Origin: Spirochaetales bacterium
GTDB taxonomy: Bacteria; Spirochaetota; Spirochaetia; Treponematales; UBA12059
NCBI GenBank assembly: GCA_016928955.1
Contig: JAFGJV010000058.1
Location: 1 to 63,489, forward strand
Reading direction: 5' to 3'
Length of the DNA: 63,489 nt
The notes below the pieces were generated by a model, which searched no databases, was not told the origin of the DNA, and saw only the letters and a program-made list of their open reading frames with translations. Of the stretch, positions 48,548-57,789 are shown piece after piece; the first letter of the stretch is position 1, and each line of letters begins with the position of its first letter. A program made the position numbers and the translations under genes.

Positions 48548-49765
48548 TTACGCCTCCCCTTTTACGGCCACGCCGCGCCGCTCGCGGAGGACCGTGGGTA
48601 TGTCCAGGTCGTCGCCGTCGTTGCGGCCCATAAGGTAGCTGCGGGAGCTGGGCGTAATCATCGAGCGCCACTCGTCGGCGTCCAGGAAATCGGACTCCGG
48701 TTCCTTGACGGCCTCTTTATGGACGGACAGGGCGGGCTCTTCGCGGCGCCTGCGGGAGAATCCCGTGGCTATCACGGTCACCTGGACGTCCTCGCCTATG
48801 TCGTCGCGCTCCACCAGGCCCGATATGATCATGGCGTCCTTGTCCGCCTTGGCCGACACGATGGACACGATCTCCTCGAACTCGGTCAGGGTAAAGTCGG
48901 CTCCCCCGGTCACGTTGACCAGGATGTGCTTTGCCCCGTCCATGCTTGCGTCTTCCAGCAGGGGATTGGACACCGCACGCTCGGCCGCTTCCACGGCACG
49001 GTTGTCGCCGGACGCCCGGCCCACGCCCATCAGAGCGTCGCCCCTGCCGCGCATGACCGTGCTCACGTCGGCAAAGTCTATGTTGATCTCCCCGGGCACC
49101 GTGATCAGGTCCGATATGCCCTGCACGCCCTGCCTGAGCACGTCGTCTGCCAGGATGAAGGCCTGGCGTATGGGCGTGCGCTTTTCCACGATGCGCATCA
49201 GGTGCTGGTTCGGTATGACAATGAGGGTGTCCACCTGCTGCCTGAGCTTCTCGATGCCGTCCTCGGCCAGGCGCATCTTGACCTTGCCCTCGAACTCGAA
49301 GGGCTTGGTCACCACGGCCACCGTCAGGGCGCCCAGTTCCCGGGCCACCTGCGCGATGACGGGAGCCGAACCGGTGCCCGTGCCGCCGCCCATGCCAGCG
49401 GTGATGAACACCATGTCGGCGCCGCGCAGGTGCTCGGCTATCAGCTCGCGGTCCTCGTTGGCGGCCTTTTCCCCGATCTCGGGATTGCCGCCGGCGCCCA
49501 GGCCGTGCGTGACCTTGGCGCCTAGCCCGAGCCGCACGGGCGCCCTGGACTTGTTCAGGGCCTGCAGGTCGGTGTTGGCGACGACGAAGTCGACGTTGCG
49601 GACGCCTTCGTCGATCATCCTGTTGACCGCGTTCGAACCGCCGCCGCCGGCCCCTATCACCTTGATGACCGTGGCGTTAGCGTCGTCCGGCAACGGACTG
49701 CCCTCGTCTCGGACCCATGTCTGTTTCCCGAATTCCTCGCTGTCGTCCACCAACCTCAGCGTCAT
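48548..49765 (-). CDS. ftsZ: Cell division GTPase FtsZ
   Basis: [25 protein letters not shown]-terminal [12 protein letters not shown] 49765 after GGGGAGGGG. Confidence 0.98.
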   Translation of the reverse strand: MTLRLVDDSEEFGKQTWVRDEGSPLPDDANATVIKVIGAGGGGSNAVNRMIDEGVRNVDFVVANTDLQALNKSRAPVRLGLGAKVTHGLGAGGNPEIGEKAANEDRELIAEHLRGADMVFITAGMGGGTGTGSAPVIAQVARELGALTVAVVTKPFEFEGKVKMRLAEDGIEKLRQQVDTLIVIPNQHLMRIVEKRTPIRQAFILADDVLRQGVQGISDLITVPGEINIDFADVSTVMRGRGDALMGVGRASGDNRAVEAAERAVSNPLLEDASMDGAKHILVNVTGGADFTLTEFEEIVSIVSAKADKDAMIISGLVERDDIGEDVQVTVIATGFSRRRREEPALSVHKEAVKEPESDFLDADEWRSMITPSSRSYLMGRNDGDDLDIPTVLRERRGVAVKGEA

Positions 49766-49869
49766 AATCCCCTCCCCCGTTGTTATCATTACCTTGCCAG
49801 GCGGAGTGCGGGTCCCCCGCGCCGCCTGTGTATCCCCGGATGCGCCGTGTCAGCGGCGACCTCGGGCCG

Positions 49870-51117
49870 TCAGAAAAATTCTTTGAACCACTCCTTGATG
49901 CGCTCGCCCAGGCCCTGCCCCTGTGAACGCGACTTGTCGGAGCCCCGGGCCTTCTGCTCGGCCGCCATGGGACCCAGGCGTTCCGCCCCAAGGAGCACAA
50001 GGCCCACCGCGGTCGAATACGCCGGGCTTCGGTATTCCTCAACCATGCCGCCCAGAGAGGACGGGGCGCCCGTGCGCACCGGGACGCCGAATACCTCTGA
50101 CGCCAGCTCCGCCGCCCCTGGCATGAGGGCCCCGCCGCCGGTCAGCACGGCGCCGCCCTTGATCAGGCGCCAGTGCCCCACCTGCTCGATGCGCTCGCGT
50201 ACCAGGCGGAAAATTTCCTCCATGCGCGGCTGCATGACGCTGGCCACTCGGGCCAAGGGGATTTCCTGCGGGGCGCGTCCGCCCACCCCGGGCACAACCA
50301 CGTACTCGCCCTCGTCCACGTCCGGCACCCAGCACGAGCCCGATTCCCTTTTGATGCGCTCTGCTGCGTCCATGGGTACGTTCAGGATGATGGACAGGTC
50401 GTTGGTCACCTGGGAACCGCCCACGCCCACACTGGCGCTGTAGTACGGCGCGCCGTCGGAGTACAGGAGCACGTCCGTGGTGCCACCGCCCAGGTCCACC
50501 AGGAGGCAGCCCAGGTCCTTCTCGTCGGAGGTGAGCACGGCCCTGGACGCCGCCAGGCTCTGGAGGATCAGCCCCGACGCCTTGAAGCCGGCGCGGTTCA
50601 CGCAGCGGACCAGGTTCTGGGCGCTGGTCACCGAGCCGGTGATGATATGCACCTCGGCCTCGAGCCGTACGCCTATCATGTCCAGCGGATTCCGGATGCC
50701 GCGCTGGTCGTCCACAATGAAGGTCTGCGGAATGACGTGGAGCACTTCCCGGTCCATGGGAATGACCACGGCGCGCGCCGCCTCTATGACGCGGTCCACG
50801 TCGTCCTGGCAGATTTCGCGCCCGCGGCCGGCCACGGCAACCACGCCGCGGGAGTTGATGCCCTCCACGTTGGCGCCGGCCACCCCGACAAAACATTCGC
50901 GCACCTCGCGGCCGGACATGAGCTCGGCGGCCTCCACCGCCTTGGCCACCGACTGGAGCGTGGCCTCTATGTTGACCACCACGCCCTTGCGAAGGCCCGT
51001 GCTCGGCGCCTGCCCCACGCCCGTGATTTCCAGGACGCCCGCGTCGTTGTACTCGCCTATCACGGCGCTGGTTTTGTGGGTCCCGATATCGAGACCGACG
51101 ATCAGATTGTCAGCCAG
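49870..51117 (-). CDS. ftsA: Cell division protein FtsA (probable CTG start)
   Basis: IVGLDIGTHK, GLRKGVVVNI, DLGGGTTD, VLTGGGALMPG, C-terminal IKEWFKEFF; AAGGAGG 6 nt before the CTG. Confidence 0.95.
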   Translation of the reverse strand: MADNLIVGLDIGTHKTSAVIGEYNDAGVLEITGVGQAPSTGLRKGVVVNIEATLQSVAKAVEAAELMSGREVRECFVGVAGANVEGINSRGVVAVAGRGREICQDDVDRVIEAARAVVIPMDREVLHVIPQTFIVDDQRGIRNPLDMIGVRLEAEVHIITGSVTSAQNLVRCVNRAGFKASGLILQSLAASRAVLTSDEKDLGCLLVDLGGGTTDVLLYSDGAPYYSASVGVGGSQVTNDLSIILNVPMDAAERIKRESGSCWVPDVDEGEYVVVPGVGGRAPQEIPLARVASVMQPRMEEIFRLVRERIEQVGHWRLIKGGAVLTGGGALMPGAAELASEVFGVPVRTGAPSSLGGMVEEYRSPAYSTAVGLVLLGAERLGPMAAEQKARGSDKSRSQGQGLGERIKEWFKEFF

Positions 51118-51949
51118 ATACGGCCTCCTTTGTCCTGAACACGTAGGTATCGGACCTGAGATCCAGCTCGCGGATGGACGGACCAAACCCGCCCGTTTCC
51201 ACGACATCCAGTATCAGCAGCATAGACTTGACCAGCTCGGCGTCCAGATCGGCCCGCGCGCGCACCGGCAGTCTGTAATTGGCTGGATAGATGATGACCT
51301 CGGGCGGCGCGTCCGGCCGGGCGACCAGGCGGAGCTCCGACAGGGCGCCGGCCAGGGCCGGCTCGCTGTCCGCAAGGTCGCCGAGCGACTCGAGCAGGGG
51401 AGTAAGCTCGTCGCCCAGGCTCATGCCGTAGCTCAAGCCCGTCACCTCTATGCCGGACAGCACGGGCAGGGCCGCGTTTACGGCAAGATGGTCGGCCTGG
51501 GCAAACACAACACCGTGCCTGTCCACGCAGTGGGCCCGTTGGCGCCCGTCCGACGAGCGCGCGTACAGGACGGCCACCGCTGTCCGCTCGCGCACGGAGA
51601 ACGACAGCGTGTCCGGGAAACGCGCCCGGACTTCAACGGACTCCAGCAGGGGATGGGCCGCGGCCAGGGCCGCCATGCGGCCAGGGTCTATGTCAAAGAT
51701 GTGGGTGCCCGGGGCGACGCCGGCCATGAGCGCAAGCTCGCCGGCGCTCACGCGGGTGCTTCCCGTGAGTTCGAAGCGCCTGAGCTCGGTGAGCGGATAG
51801 AGCACCAGGCCCAGGGCCGAAAGGAGAATGCCCACCAGGCCAGCAGCCAGTGCCGCCTTGGTTCCGCTCGACCCCTCGGCACGTCGCGCCGACTTGGTGC
51901 TTCGGCGGGGAGGGGCGTACTCCCGGCCGGACAGGGCGTACTCAGCCAC
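51110..51949 (-). CDS. ftsQ: Cell division protein FtsQ/DivIB
   Basis: Basic N-terminus, TM helix, POTRA domain (VRARFPDTL..VRER), ELDLR; between ftsW and ftsA. Confidence 0.85.
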   Translation of the reverse strand: MAEYALSGREYAPPRRSTKSARRAEGSSGTKAALAAGLVGILLSALGLVLYPLTELRRFELTGSTRVSAGELALMAGVAPGTHIFDIDPGRMAALAAAHPLLESVEVRARFPDTLSFSVRERTAVAVLYARSSDGRQRAHCVDRHGVVFAQADHLAVNAALPVLSGIEVTGLSYGMSLGDELTPLLESLGDLADSEPALAGALSELRLVARPDAPPEVIIYPANYRLPVRARADLDAELVKSMLLILDVVETGGFGPSIRELDLRSDTYVFRTKEAVSG

Positions 51950-53090
51950 GGAACGGCCTCCCCTCGCCCGCGCCGGGATCGCGGGAAACGTTGTACATGA
52001 AACCGGCCGCCGCGGACACGGACAGCAGGGCCGAGCCGCCGGACGAGAAAAACGGCAGCGGCATGCCCGTTGCCGGAAGGACGCCGGCCACCACGCTGAC
52101 GTTGATCAGGGTCTGGAGGCCCAGGTACAGGGCCATGCCAAAAGCCAGCCAGGAACGGTAGGGATCGGCCGCGCCAAACGACGCCCGCATGGCCCGCGCC
52201 ATGATGAACACCCAGAGCCCCACAAAGGCCACAACGCCGGCCAGTCCGGTTTCCTCAGCCCAGGACGCGAACACAAAATCGGACTGGATCTCGGGGACGC
52301 TCCTGAGCTTGAGCGTTCCCTGGCCAAAGCCCTTGCCCCACAGGCCCCCTGCCTTGATGGCCCGGGCCGACGCGCTCACCTGGTAGGAAAGGTCGGCCGG
52401 ATCAAAATCGGGGGCCAGAAAGCCTATTACGCGCCTCAGGCGGTAATCGCTGGTCAGCACGTTGAGGGCCAGGAGGGGTACGCCCACGGACGCGGCGGCC
52501 CCGAAAAACACCAGGGGAACTCCGGACACCCAGAACAGGCCCAGGGCCAGGGCAGCTATCAGGAGGGCGGTTGAAAAATCGTTCTGAAGGAGCACCAGAG
52601 CCACGCCCGCCACGACAACCAAGGCCGGGGGCAGGACGCCGTACACCACGTCCTTGAGGCGCTCGCGCTTCTTGGCCAGGATGTGGGCCAGGTACAGCAC
52701 CAGGACCGGTTTGTACAGCTCGGACGGCTGGAAAGTAAGCTGTCCGTAACCGAACCAGCGGGCGGCACCGTTTTTGACGATGCCCAGTCCGGGCACGAAA
52801 GGCAGCACGAGAAGGGCCAGCGACACCATGATGAGGGTGCCGGCCTTGTCGCGCCAGAAGTCCAGGGGTATGTAGGCGGAAGCCAGGAACACCACCAGGG
52901 CAGGGATGTACCACAGGGCCTGGCGGACGGCAAAGTACGAGGGCGGGCGGCCTAGCACCATGGCGTAGCCATAGGACGAGGAATACAGGTTTGCCAGCCC
53001 CACTCCGGCCAGGAGGGCAAGCCCCGCCAGCATGGCGGGGTCTCCCCGGCGGGCCCGGGGCGGGCGCTCCATCTCGAACATGGCTCCCAC
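51942..53090 (-). CDS. ftsW: SEDS peptidoglycan polymerase FtsW
   Basis: NGAARW, FQPSELYK, SDFVFASWAEETG, PATGMPLPFFSSGGS. Confidence 0.93.
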   Translation of the reverse strand: MGAMFEMERPPRARRGDPAMLAGLALLAGVGLANLYSSSYGYAMVLGRPPSYFAVRQALWYIPALVVFLASAYIPLDFWRDKAGTLIMVSLALLVLPFVPGLGIVKNGAARWFGYGQLTFQPSELYKPVLVLYLAHILAKKRERLKDVVYGVLPPALVVVAGVALVLLQNDFSTALLIAALALGLFWVSGVPLVFFGAAASVGVPLLALNVLTSDYRLRRVIGFLAPDFDPADLSYQVSASARAIKAGGLWGKGFGQGTLKLRSVPEIQSDFVFASWAEETGLAGVVAFVGLWVFIMARAMRASFGAADPYRSWLAFGMALYLGLQTLINVSVVAGVLPATGMPLPFFSSGGSALLSVSAAAGFMYNVSRDPGAGEGRPFRG

Positions 53091-53099
53091 AGCGGCCGC

Positions 53100-54182
53100 C
53101 TACTGTATCTTCAGCGTGGACAGGGCTATGAGGGCAAAGAGTCCGCCCAAAATCCAAAATCTAGTCACTACCTTGGTTTCCTTCCAGCCGGACAGCTCAA
53201 AATGATGGTGCAGGGGTGCCATGCGGAACACGCGCTTGCCCTTGGTCAGCTTGAAATACAGCACCTGGATGACCACGGACAGCTCTTCCATGATGAACAC
53301 GCCCCCGATAACGAAGAGGAGCACTTCCTTCTTTACCACCAGCGCCAGGATGGCCAGGACGCCGCCCAGGCTCAGGGAGCCTACGTCGCCCATGAACACT
53401 TCTGCCGGGTGCGCGTTGAACCACAAAAAGCCCACGCAGGCCCCGAGCAGGGCCAGCACGAACACGGTCAGCTCGCCCGCGCCCCGCACAAAGGATATAC
53501 CCAGGTACTCCGCCCAGTCTGCGCGGCCGGATATGTAGGTGATGATGCCCACGGCTATCACGGCCATGATCACCAGGCCCGTGGCCAGGCCATCCAGGCC
53601 GTCGGACAGGTTGACCGCGTTGGACCAGCCGACTATGTAGATGACGGCCAGGGGCACCCAGAACACGCCCAGGTCCAGGACGGCTGTCTTGAAAAACGGC
53701 AGGTAAAGCTTGGTGGTGTCCTCGGTGGGGTTCAGGTAGAGGGCCAGGGCCACGCCGAGGGCGACCACGGCCTGTCCCAGGAGCTTGCCGCGCGCCGGGA
53801 GGCCGTCCGAGTTCTTCCGCTTGATCTTGAGCCAGTCGTCCAGGAAACCGACAAACCCCAGGCCGAGCATGCCGGCCAGGCATATCCACACGTAGCGGTT
53901 GTGCAGGTCCACCCACAGGATGGTGGCCGTGGTGACTGCAGACAGCATGAGCACACCGCCCATGGTGGGGGTGCCCGTTTTCACCAGATGGGTCTGGGGA
54001 CCGTCCGTCCTGACCGCCTGGCCGAATTTCACCTTGCGCAGGAGTTCGATAATGGCCGGTCCCAGGAGAAAGGCTATCAGGAGGGCGGTCACCGCGGCAT
54101 AGGCGGATCGGAAGGTGAGATACTTGAAGACGTTGAGCGGCGTGAAGAATTTGACCAGGGGATACAGCCATTCAAGAAACAT
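53100..54182 (-). CDS. mraY: Phospho-MurNAc-pentapeptide transferase MraY
   Basis: KTGTPTMGG, GFLDD, NAVNLSDGLDGLA, PAEVFMGDVGS, MAPLHHHFEL; ATG at 54182. Confidence 0.97.
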   Translation of the reverse strand: MFLEWLYPLVKFFTPLNVFKYLTFRSAYAAVTALLIAFLLGPAIIELLRKVKFGQAVRTDGPQTHLVKTGTPTMGGVLMLSAVTTATILWVDLHNRYVWICLAGMLGLGFVGFLDDWLKIKRKNSDGLPARGKLLGQAVVALGVALALYLNPTEDTTKLYLPFFKTAVLDLGVFWVPLAVIYIVGWSNAVNLSDGLDGLATGLVIMAVIAVGIITYISGRADWAEYLGISFVRGAGELTVFVLALLGACVGFLWFNAHPAEVFMGDVGSLSLGGVLAILALVVKKEVLLFVIGGVFIMEELSVVIQVLYFKLTKGKRVFRMAPLHHHFELSGWKETKVVTRFWILGGLFALIALSTLKIQ

Positions 54183-55572
54183 GCGTGCCTCCGATCGACC
54201 TGAGCGCGTCAACCAGGCGTTCGAGCGCCATGGAGCGGCTGGCCTTGAGCAGGACCAGGTCGCCCTCGCGCGCCACAGCCTTGACGGCCTGGGCCAGGTC
54301 ATCGTAGTTGTCGAAATGGTATGAAGCCTTGCCGACCCTGAGGGCTTCCTCGTGGGCCGGCCGGGTCTCGTCGCCATAGAAATACAGGAGCTCTGCCTTG
54401 GAAACGGCGGCGGCGGCTCCCACGCGGCGGTGGGCGGCGTCGCTCTCCGCGCCGAGTTCCTTCATGGAGCCGAGCACGTATATCCGGCGGCCGGCCTCGG
54501 CATCGTCGCAGAACGCGATGGCCGCCAGGGCGCTTTCCGCGTTGGCGTTGTAGCTGTCGTTGACAATGGTCACCGGCCCACGGATGATCTCCGAGCGCCC
54601 GGCCAGGGGAAGCGCTGACGCAAGGCCGTCTCTCACGTCATCCGCGCCCGCGCCGTACAGCTCGGCCACGCGGATGGCTGCCAGGGCGTTGAGGAGGTTG
54701 TGGCCACCGGGCAGGGCCAGCCGCGCGTTCACGCCGCGGTAACGCAGGAGCCAGCCCTCAAGCCCGAGCGAACGGGCTCCCTCAAAGCCGTCCACGGAGC
54801 GCGGCCCGAATGTCAGGCAGCGGCCGCGAACGCCCGCGCACAGGCGGTCGCGGAACGGGTCGTCCTCCCAGACGATCAGCGTCTGCGAGCCGGTAAAGCG
54901 CGAGGCGATTTTCCGTTTTTCGTCAGCTATGCCCTCGCGCGTGCCGCCCAAAAGCCCTATATGGGCGCTGCCTATGTTGTTGATGACGGCGCAGTCTGGC
55001 TCCCACACGCCCGCAAGGATATCCATCTCTCCGGAGTGGTTGATGCCCAGCTCGAATACGGCCGCCGTGTGCTCGGGCCGTAAGAGGAACACCGATGCCG
55101 GAAGGCCTATCTCGGAATTCATGTTGCCCGGATTGCGGGCCACCGGGCGGGAACGCGCCAGTATGGCCGCCGTCAGTTCCTTGACCGTGGTCTTGCCCGA
55201 TGATCCAGTGACGCCTATGCGTTTAAGGGAAGGGAAAAGCTTTCTATATTCGGTGGCCGCCCTCTGGAGGGCGGCAAGGGGATCGTCTGCGCATATGACG
55301 GCCGAACTATAGGCGGCCAGGGCGGAGGCGCCGCGCTCGCGGTACCATTGGCCAGACACCAGGACGGCGGCCGCTCCGGACGCGCAGGCGGACGCTGCGT
55401 AGTCGTGCCCGTCCACCCGTTCGCCGCGCAGGGCAACGAACAGGACGCCGGGGCCCGCCGCGCGCGAGTCGGTTTCCACCCTCTCTATGGGGGCGGAACC
55501 GGGCCGCTCAAGGCGCGCGCCGGACGCGCGAGAGAACCACTGGCTGTCACAGGCCCGAGGCGTCTCCCCCAT
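54172..55572 (-). CDS. murF: UDP-MurNAc-tripeptide--D-Ala-D-Ala ligase MurF
   Basis: TDSR, GERVDGHDY, GVTGSSGKTTVKE, GNMNSEIGLP, NDSYNAN, LKASRSMALE. Confidence 0.95.
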   Translation of the reverse strand: MGETPRACDSQWFSRASGARLERPGSAPIERVETDSRAAGPGVLFVALRGERVDGHDYAASACASGAAAVLVSGQWYRERGASALAAYSSAVICADDPLAALQRAATEYRKLFPSLKRIGVTGSSGKTTVKELTAAILARSRPVARNPGNMNSEIGLPASVFLLRPEHTAAVFELGINHSGEMDILAGVWEPDCAVINNIGSAHIGLLGGTREGIADEKRKIASRFTGSQTLIVWEDDPFRDRLCAGVRGRCLTFGPRSVDGFEGARSLGLEGWLLRYRGVNARLALPGGHNLLNALAAIRVAELYGAGADDVRDGLASALPLAGRSEIIRGPVTIVNDSYNANAESALAAIAFCDDAEAGRRIYVLGSMKELGAESDAAHRRVGAAAAVSKAELLYFYGDETRPAHEEALRVGKASYHFDNYDDLAQAVKAVAREGDLVLLKASRSMALERLVDALRSIGGTHVS

Positions 55573-55855
55573 CGGCCCTCTCCCCTCCCGGCTGAACCAG
55601 GATTCTCAACGTCGTTTTGGGGCTGACCATGCGGTAGCCCTCGGCGTCGGCCATGGACTCGTCCACGCGGGAACGAGCTCCGGCCACCGCCACATTGGAG
55701 AGGAGTTTCCGGTTTTCCTCGACCCATTCCGACTGGACGTCTTCAAGCCTTTCCAGTTCCGCCTCCAGGGCGCGGTACCGGCCAGACTGGGCGGCCAGGG
55801 CGATCAGGGCAAGGCTCAGGGTCAGGAGCGCGATTGGGGTCAGGACTCGTCTCAT
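55547..55855 (-). CDS. ftsL: FtsL-like cell division protein
   Basis: TM helix plus coiled coil; directly downstream of rsmH. Confidence 0.7.
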   Translation of the reverse strand: MRRVLTPIALLTLSLALIALAAQSGRYRALEAELERLEDVQSEWVEENRKLLSNVAVAGARSRVDESMADAEGYRMVSPKTTLRILVQPGGERADGGDASGL

Positions 55856-55902
55856 CGTTCGCCTTCCGGGGACGGGCACGCGGCGACATCAGCCTTACGG
55901 CG

Positions 55903-56853
55903 TCAATCGGCCGCCCTGGCCGCGCGGAGCTTGGCGCTGCGCGACGCGGGGTTTGCCTCGACCTCGTCGTTCCCAGGCTCCACCGGTTTGGGTGTCAGGA
56001 TGACAAGGCTCCGCCGTCCCTCTGTCCGAGGTATCGGCTCGGCCTCGTCCTTCCTGTACCTGTTGCGGGCCCGTTTTTCGGCCCGCTCGCGGAAGGCGAG
56101 CTTGACGATACGATCCTCCAGGGAATGGAAACTGATGGCCCCTATCACCCCGCCGGGGGCCAGGCTCTCGATGGCGGCGTCCAGGGCCCGGGCTATGCGC
56201 CCGAGCTCGTCGTTCACCGCTATCCGCAGGGCCTGAAACGTCCTTGTGGCCGGATGCGTCCTGCCGTAGCGCGCTTTTGGCGGCACGGCGGCCCGAACCA
56301 GCTCGGCAAGGCGCCGGGCAGAGTCGATGGGAACCACTCTCCGTTCGCGTTCTATCGCCTGGGCGATACGCCACGCGAAGGGTTCCTCCCCGTAGTCCTC
56401 CAGGATCCTGGCAAGTCCACGCGCGTCCATTTCGTTCACAAGATCCGAAGCGGGCCTCCCAGTTGACGGGTCCAGCCTCATGTCCAGGGCCTCCTCGCCC
56501 TGCATGCTGAACCCCCGCTTCGCCTCACGGAAATGGTACATGGATACGCCAAAATCAAAGAGCACGACCCCCGGGCGCTCGTCATCCGCCCGGAAATCCC
56601 CAAAAAACTCGTCAAAAAAACAGCGCCGGAAACTCACCCTGTCCCCGTAGGGCGCAAGGCGCTCCCTGGCCATGGCCTGCATCTCCGGATCCGCGTCCAC
56701 GCCGAGCACGCGCAGGCCGGGATAGCGGTCCAAAAAGGCCGTACTGTGCCCGGCCAGGCCCTGCGTGGCGTCCACCATCAGGCAGTCGGGGCCAGGCGGC
56801 ACCAGGTACTCGAGCGTCTCCCGGAGCAGCACCGGCACGTGGAAAGCTTCCAT
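55903..56853 (-). CDS. rsmH: 16S rRNA m4C1402 methyltransferase RsmH (MraW)
   Basis: HVPVLL, LDMR, HPATRTFQALRIAVNDEL, SFHSLEDRIVK, NPASRSAKLR. Confidence 0.96.
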   Translation of the reverse strand: MEAFHVPVLLRETLEYLVPPGPDCLMVDATQGLAGHSTAFLDRYPGLRVLGVDADPEMQAMARERLAPYGDRVSFRRCFFDEFFGDFRADDERPGVVLFDFGVSMYHFREAKRGFSMQGEEALDMRLDPSTGRPASDLVNEMDARGLARILEDYGEEPFAWRIAQAIERERRVVPIDSARRLAELVRAAVPPKARYGRTHPATRTFQALRIAVNDELGRIARALDAAIESLAPGGVIGAISFHSLEDRIVKLAFRERAEKRARNRYRKDEAEPIPRTEGRRSLVILTPKPVEPGNDEVEANPASRSAKLRAARAAD

Positions 56854-56862
56854 GGGCCTTCC

Positions 56863-57306
56863 TTACAGGTTCTGGATGTCGAGGGCCTCGGAAGCCTTCT
56901 CGAACTCGGCTTCGGTTTCCTCGAGCCACGCCTTGTACGCTTCCGCGTCCCAGATTTCCAGGCGGCGGCTGATTCCCAGCACCACGCATTCCTTGTCCAG
57001 CGACGCGTACTCCCGGAGCGACTGGGGCACGGCTATCCGTCCGGCCTTGTCGATCTCGACCTCCTGGGCGGGAGCGATGATGCGCCGCTGGATGATGCGC
57101 GCCTGTTGGTGGAAGAGACTGGTGGACGAAAAGATCTGCTCGGAAAGGCTGGACCAGCGCTCGGGCGTAAACAGCCACAGGCACTTGTCCATGCCCTGGG
57201 TGACGATCAGGACGTTCGTCGGCAAACCGGCCCTCAATTTGGCCGGTAGGGAAAGCCTCCCTTTGTCGTCGAGCGTGTTCCTGAACTCGCCTGTCACCAA
57301 TTCCAT
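56863..57306 (-). CDS. mraZ: dcw cluster transcriptional repressor MraZ
   Basis: LDDKGRLSLPAKLR and IDKAGRIAVPQSLR repeats, LEIW. Confidence 0.96.
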   Translation of the reverse strand: MELVTGEFRNTLDDKGRLSLPAKLRAGLPTNVLIVTQGMDKCLWLFTPERWSSLSEQIFSSTSLFHQQARIIQRRIIAPAQEVEIDKAGRIAVPQSLREYASLDKECVVLGISRRLEIWDAEAYKAWLEETEAEFEKASEALDIQNL

Positions 57307-57341
57307 ACCACTCGTTCCCTTTTTCTCCCACTTTCTCCCAC
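57307..57341 (-). promoter_or_regulatory. MraZ-binding direct repeats
   Basis: Minus strand GTGGGagaaaGTGGGagaaaAAGGGaacgaGTGGT-ATG, 10-bp period. Confidence 0.8.
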
Positions 57342-57352
57342 AAACTGACTAT

Positions 57353-57380
57353 ATACTACCCCATCGCCCCACCTTGTCAA
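57353..57380 (-). promoter_or_regulatory. Sigma70 promoter of the mraZ/dcw operon
   Basis: TTGACA-N16-TAGTAT; the spacer holds extra GTGGGG/ATGGGG boxes. Confidence 0.7.
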
Positions 57381-57511
57381 CGAAGCCAGTTGTGAAGAAA
57401 TAACTCGACAGAATCATTTTTCGGGTTTTCGGCTACACACTTGTATAGTAGTTCGTCAGTTTTACGCCGCTTGGCTCATACGGGCCGGCATTTGGGCAAA
57501 AACATGGCGGC

Positions 57512-57540
57512 TTGTGTATGGAAGACAGAGCGCGTACACT
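57512..57540 (+). promoter_or_regulatory. Putative sigma70 promoter giving a leaderless mRNA
   Basis: TTGTGT-N17-TACACT ending 6 nt before ATG 57547; no SD. Confidence 0.45.
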
Positions 57541-57546
57541 GGGCCC

Positions 57547-57786
57547 ATGACCGTGGAGACGAGATGGCTGGTGTATCCCGACGGGGAAAAACAGGAGACC
57601 GAACGGCTTCTGTCCATGAACGAGCTGGTGGATATGAACGGCTTTCCGTTGTCCCTACCGCCCGCAACGGACAGGATGATAGCCTACCGCGTGTACAAGG
57701 TACGACGCCTGGAGGAACGGGGTTCCCTGGACGTGTTGTTCTATTTAGAGCTGGTGCCCGCCTGGGAACTCAGGTCGATGATGTGA
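57547..57786 (+). CDS. Small hypothetical protein (79 aa) divergent from mraZ
   Basis: Globular-looking ORF (WLVYPDGEKQE..YRVYKV..FYLELV) filling the intergenic space. Confidence 0.6.
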   Translation: MTVETRWLVYPDGEKQETERLLSMNELVDMNGFPLSLPPATDRMIAYRVYKVRRLEERGSLDVLFYLELVPAWELRSMM

Positions 57787-57789
57787 TAC

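Noticed and set aside
57307..57341. Short tandem repeats as a CRISPR array or VNTR
   Set aside because: The 10-bp GTGGG period matches MraZ boxes; no spacers or cas genes.
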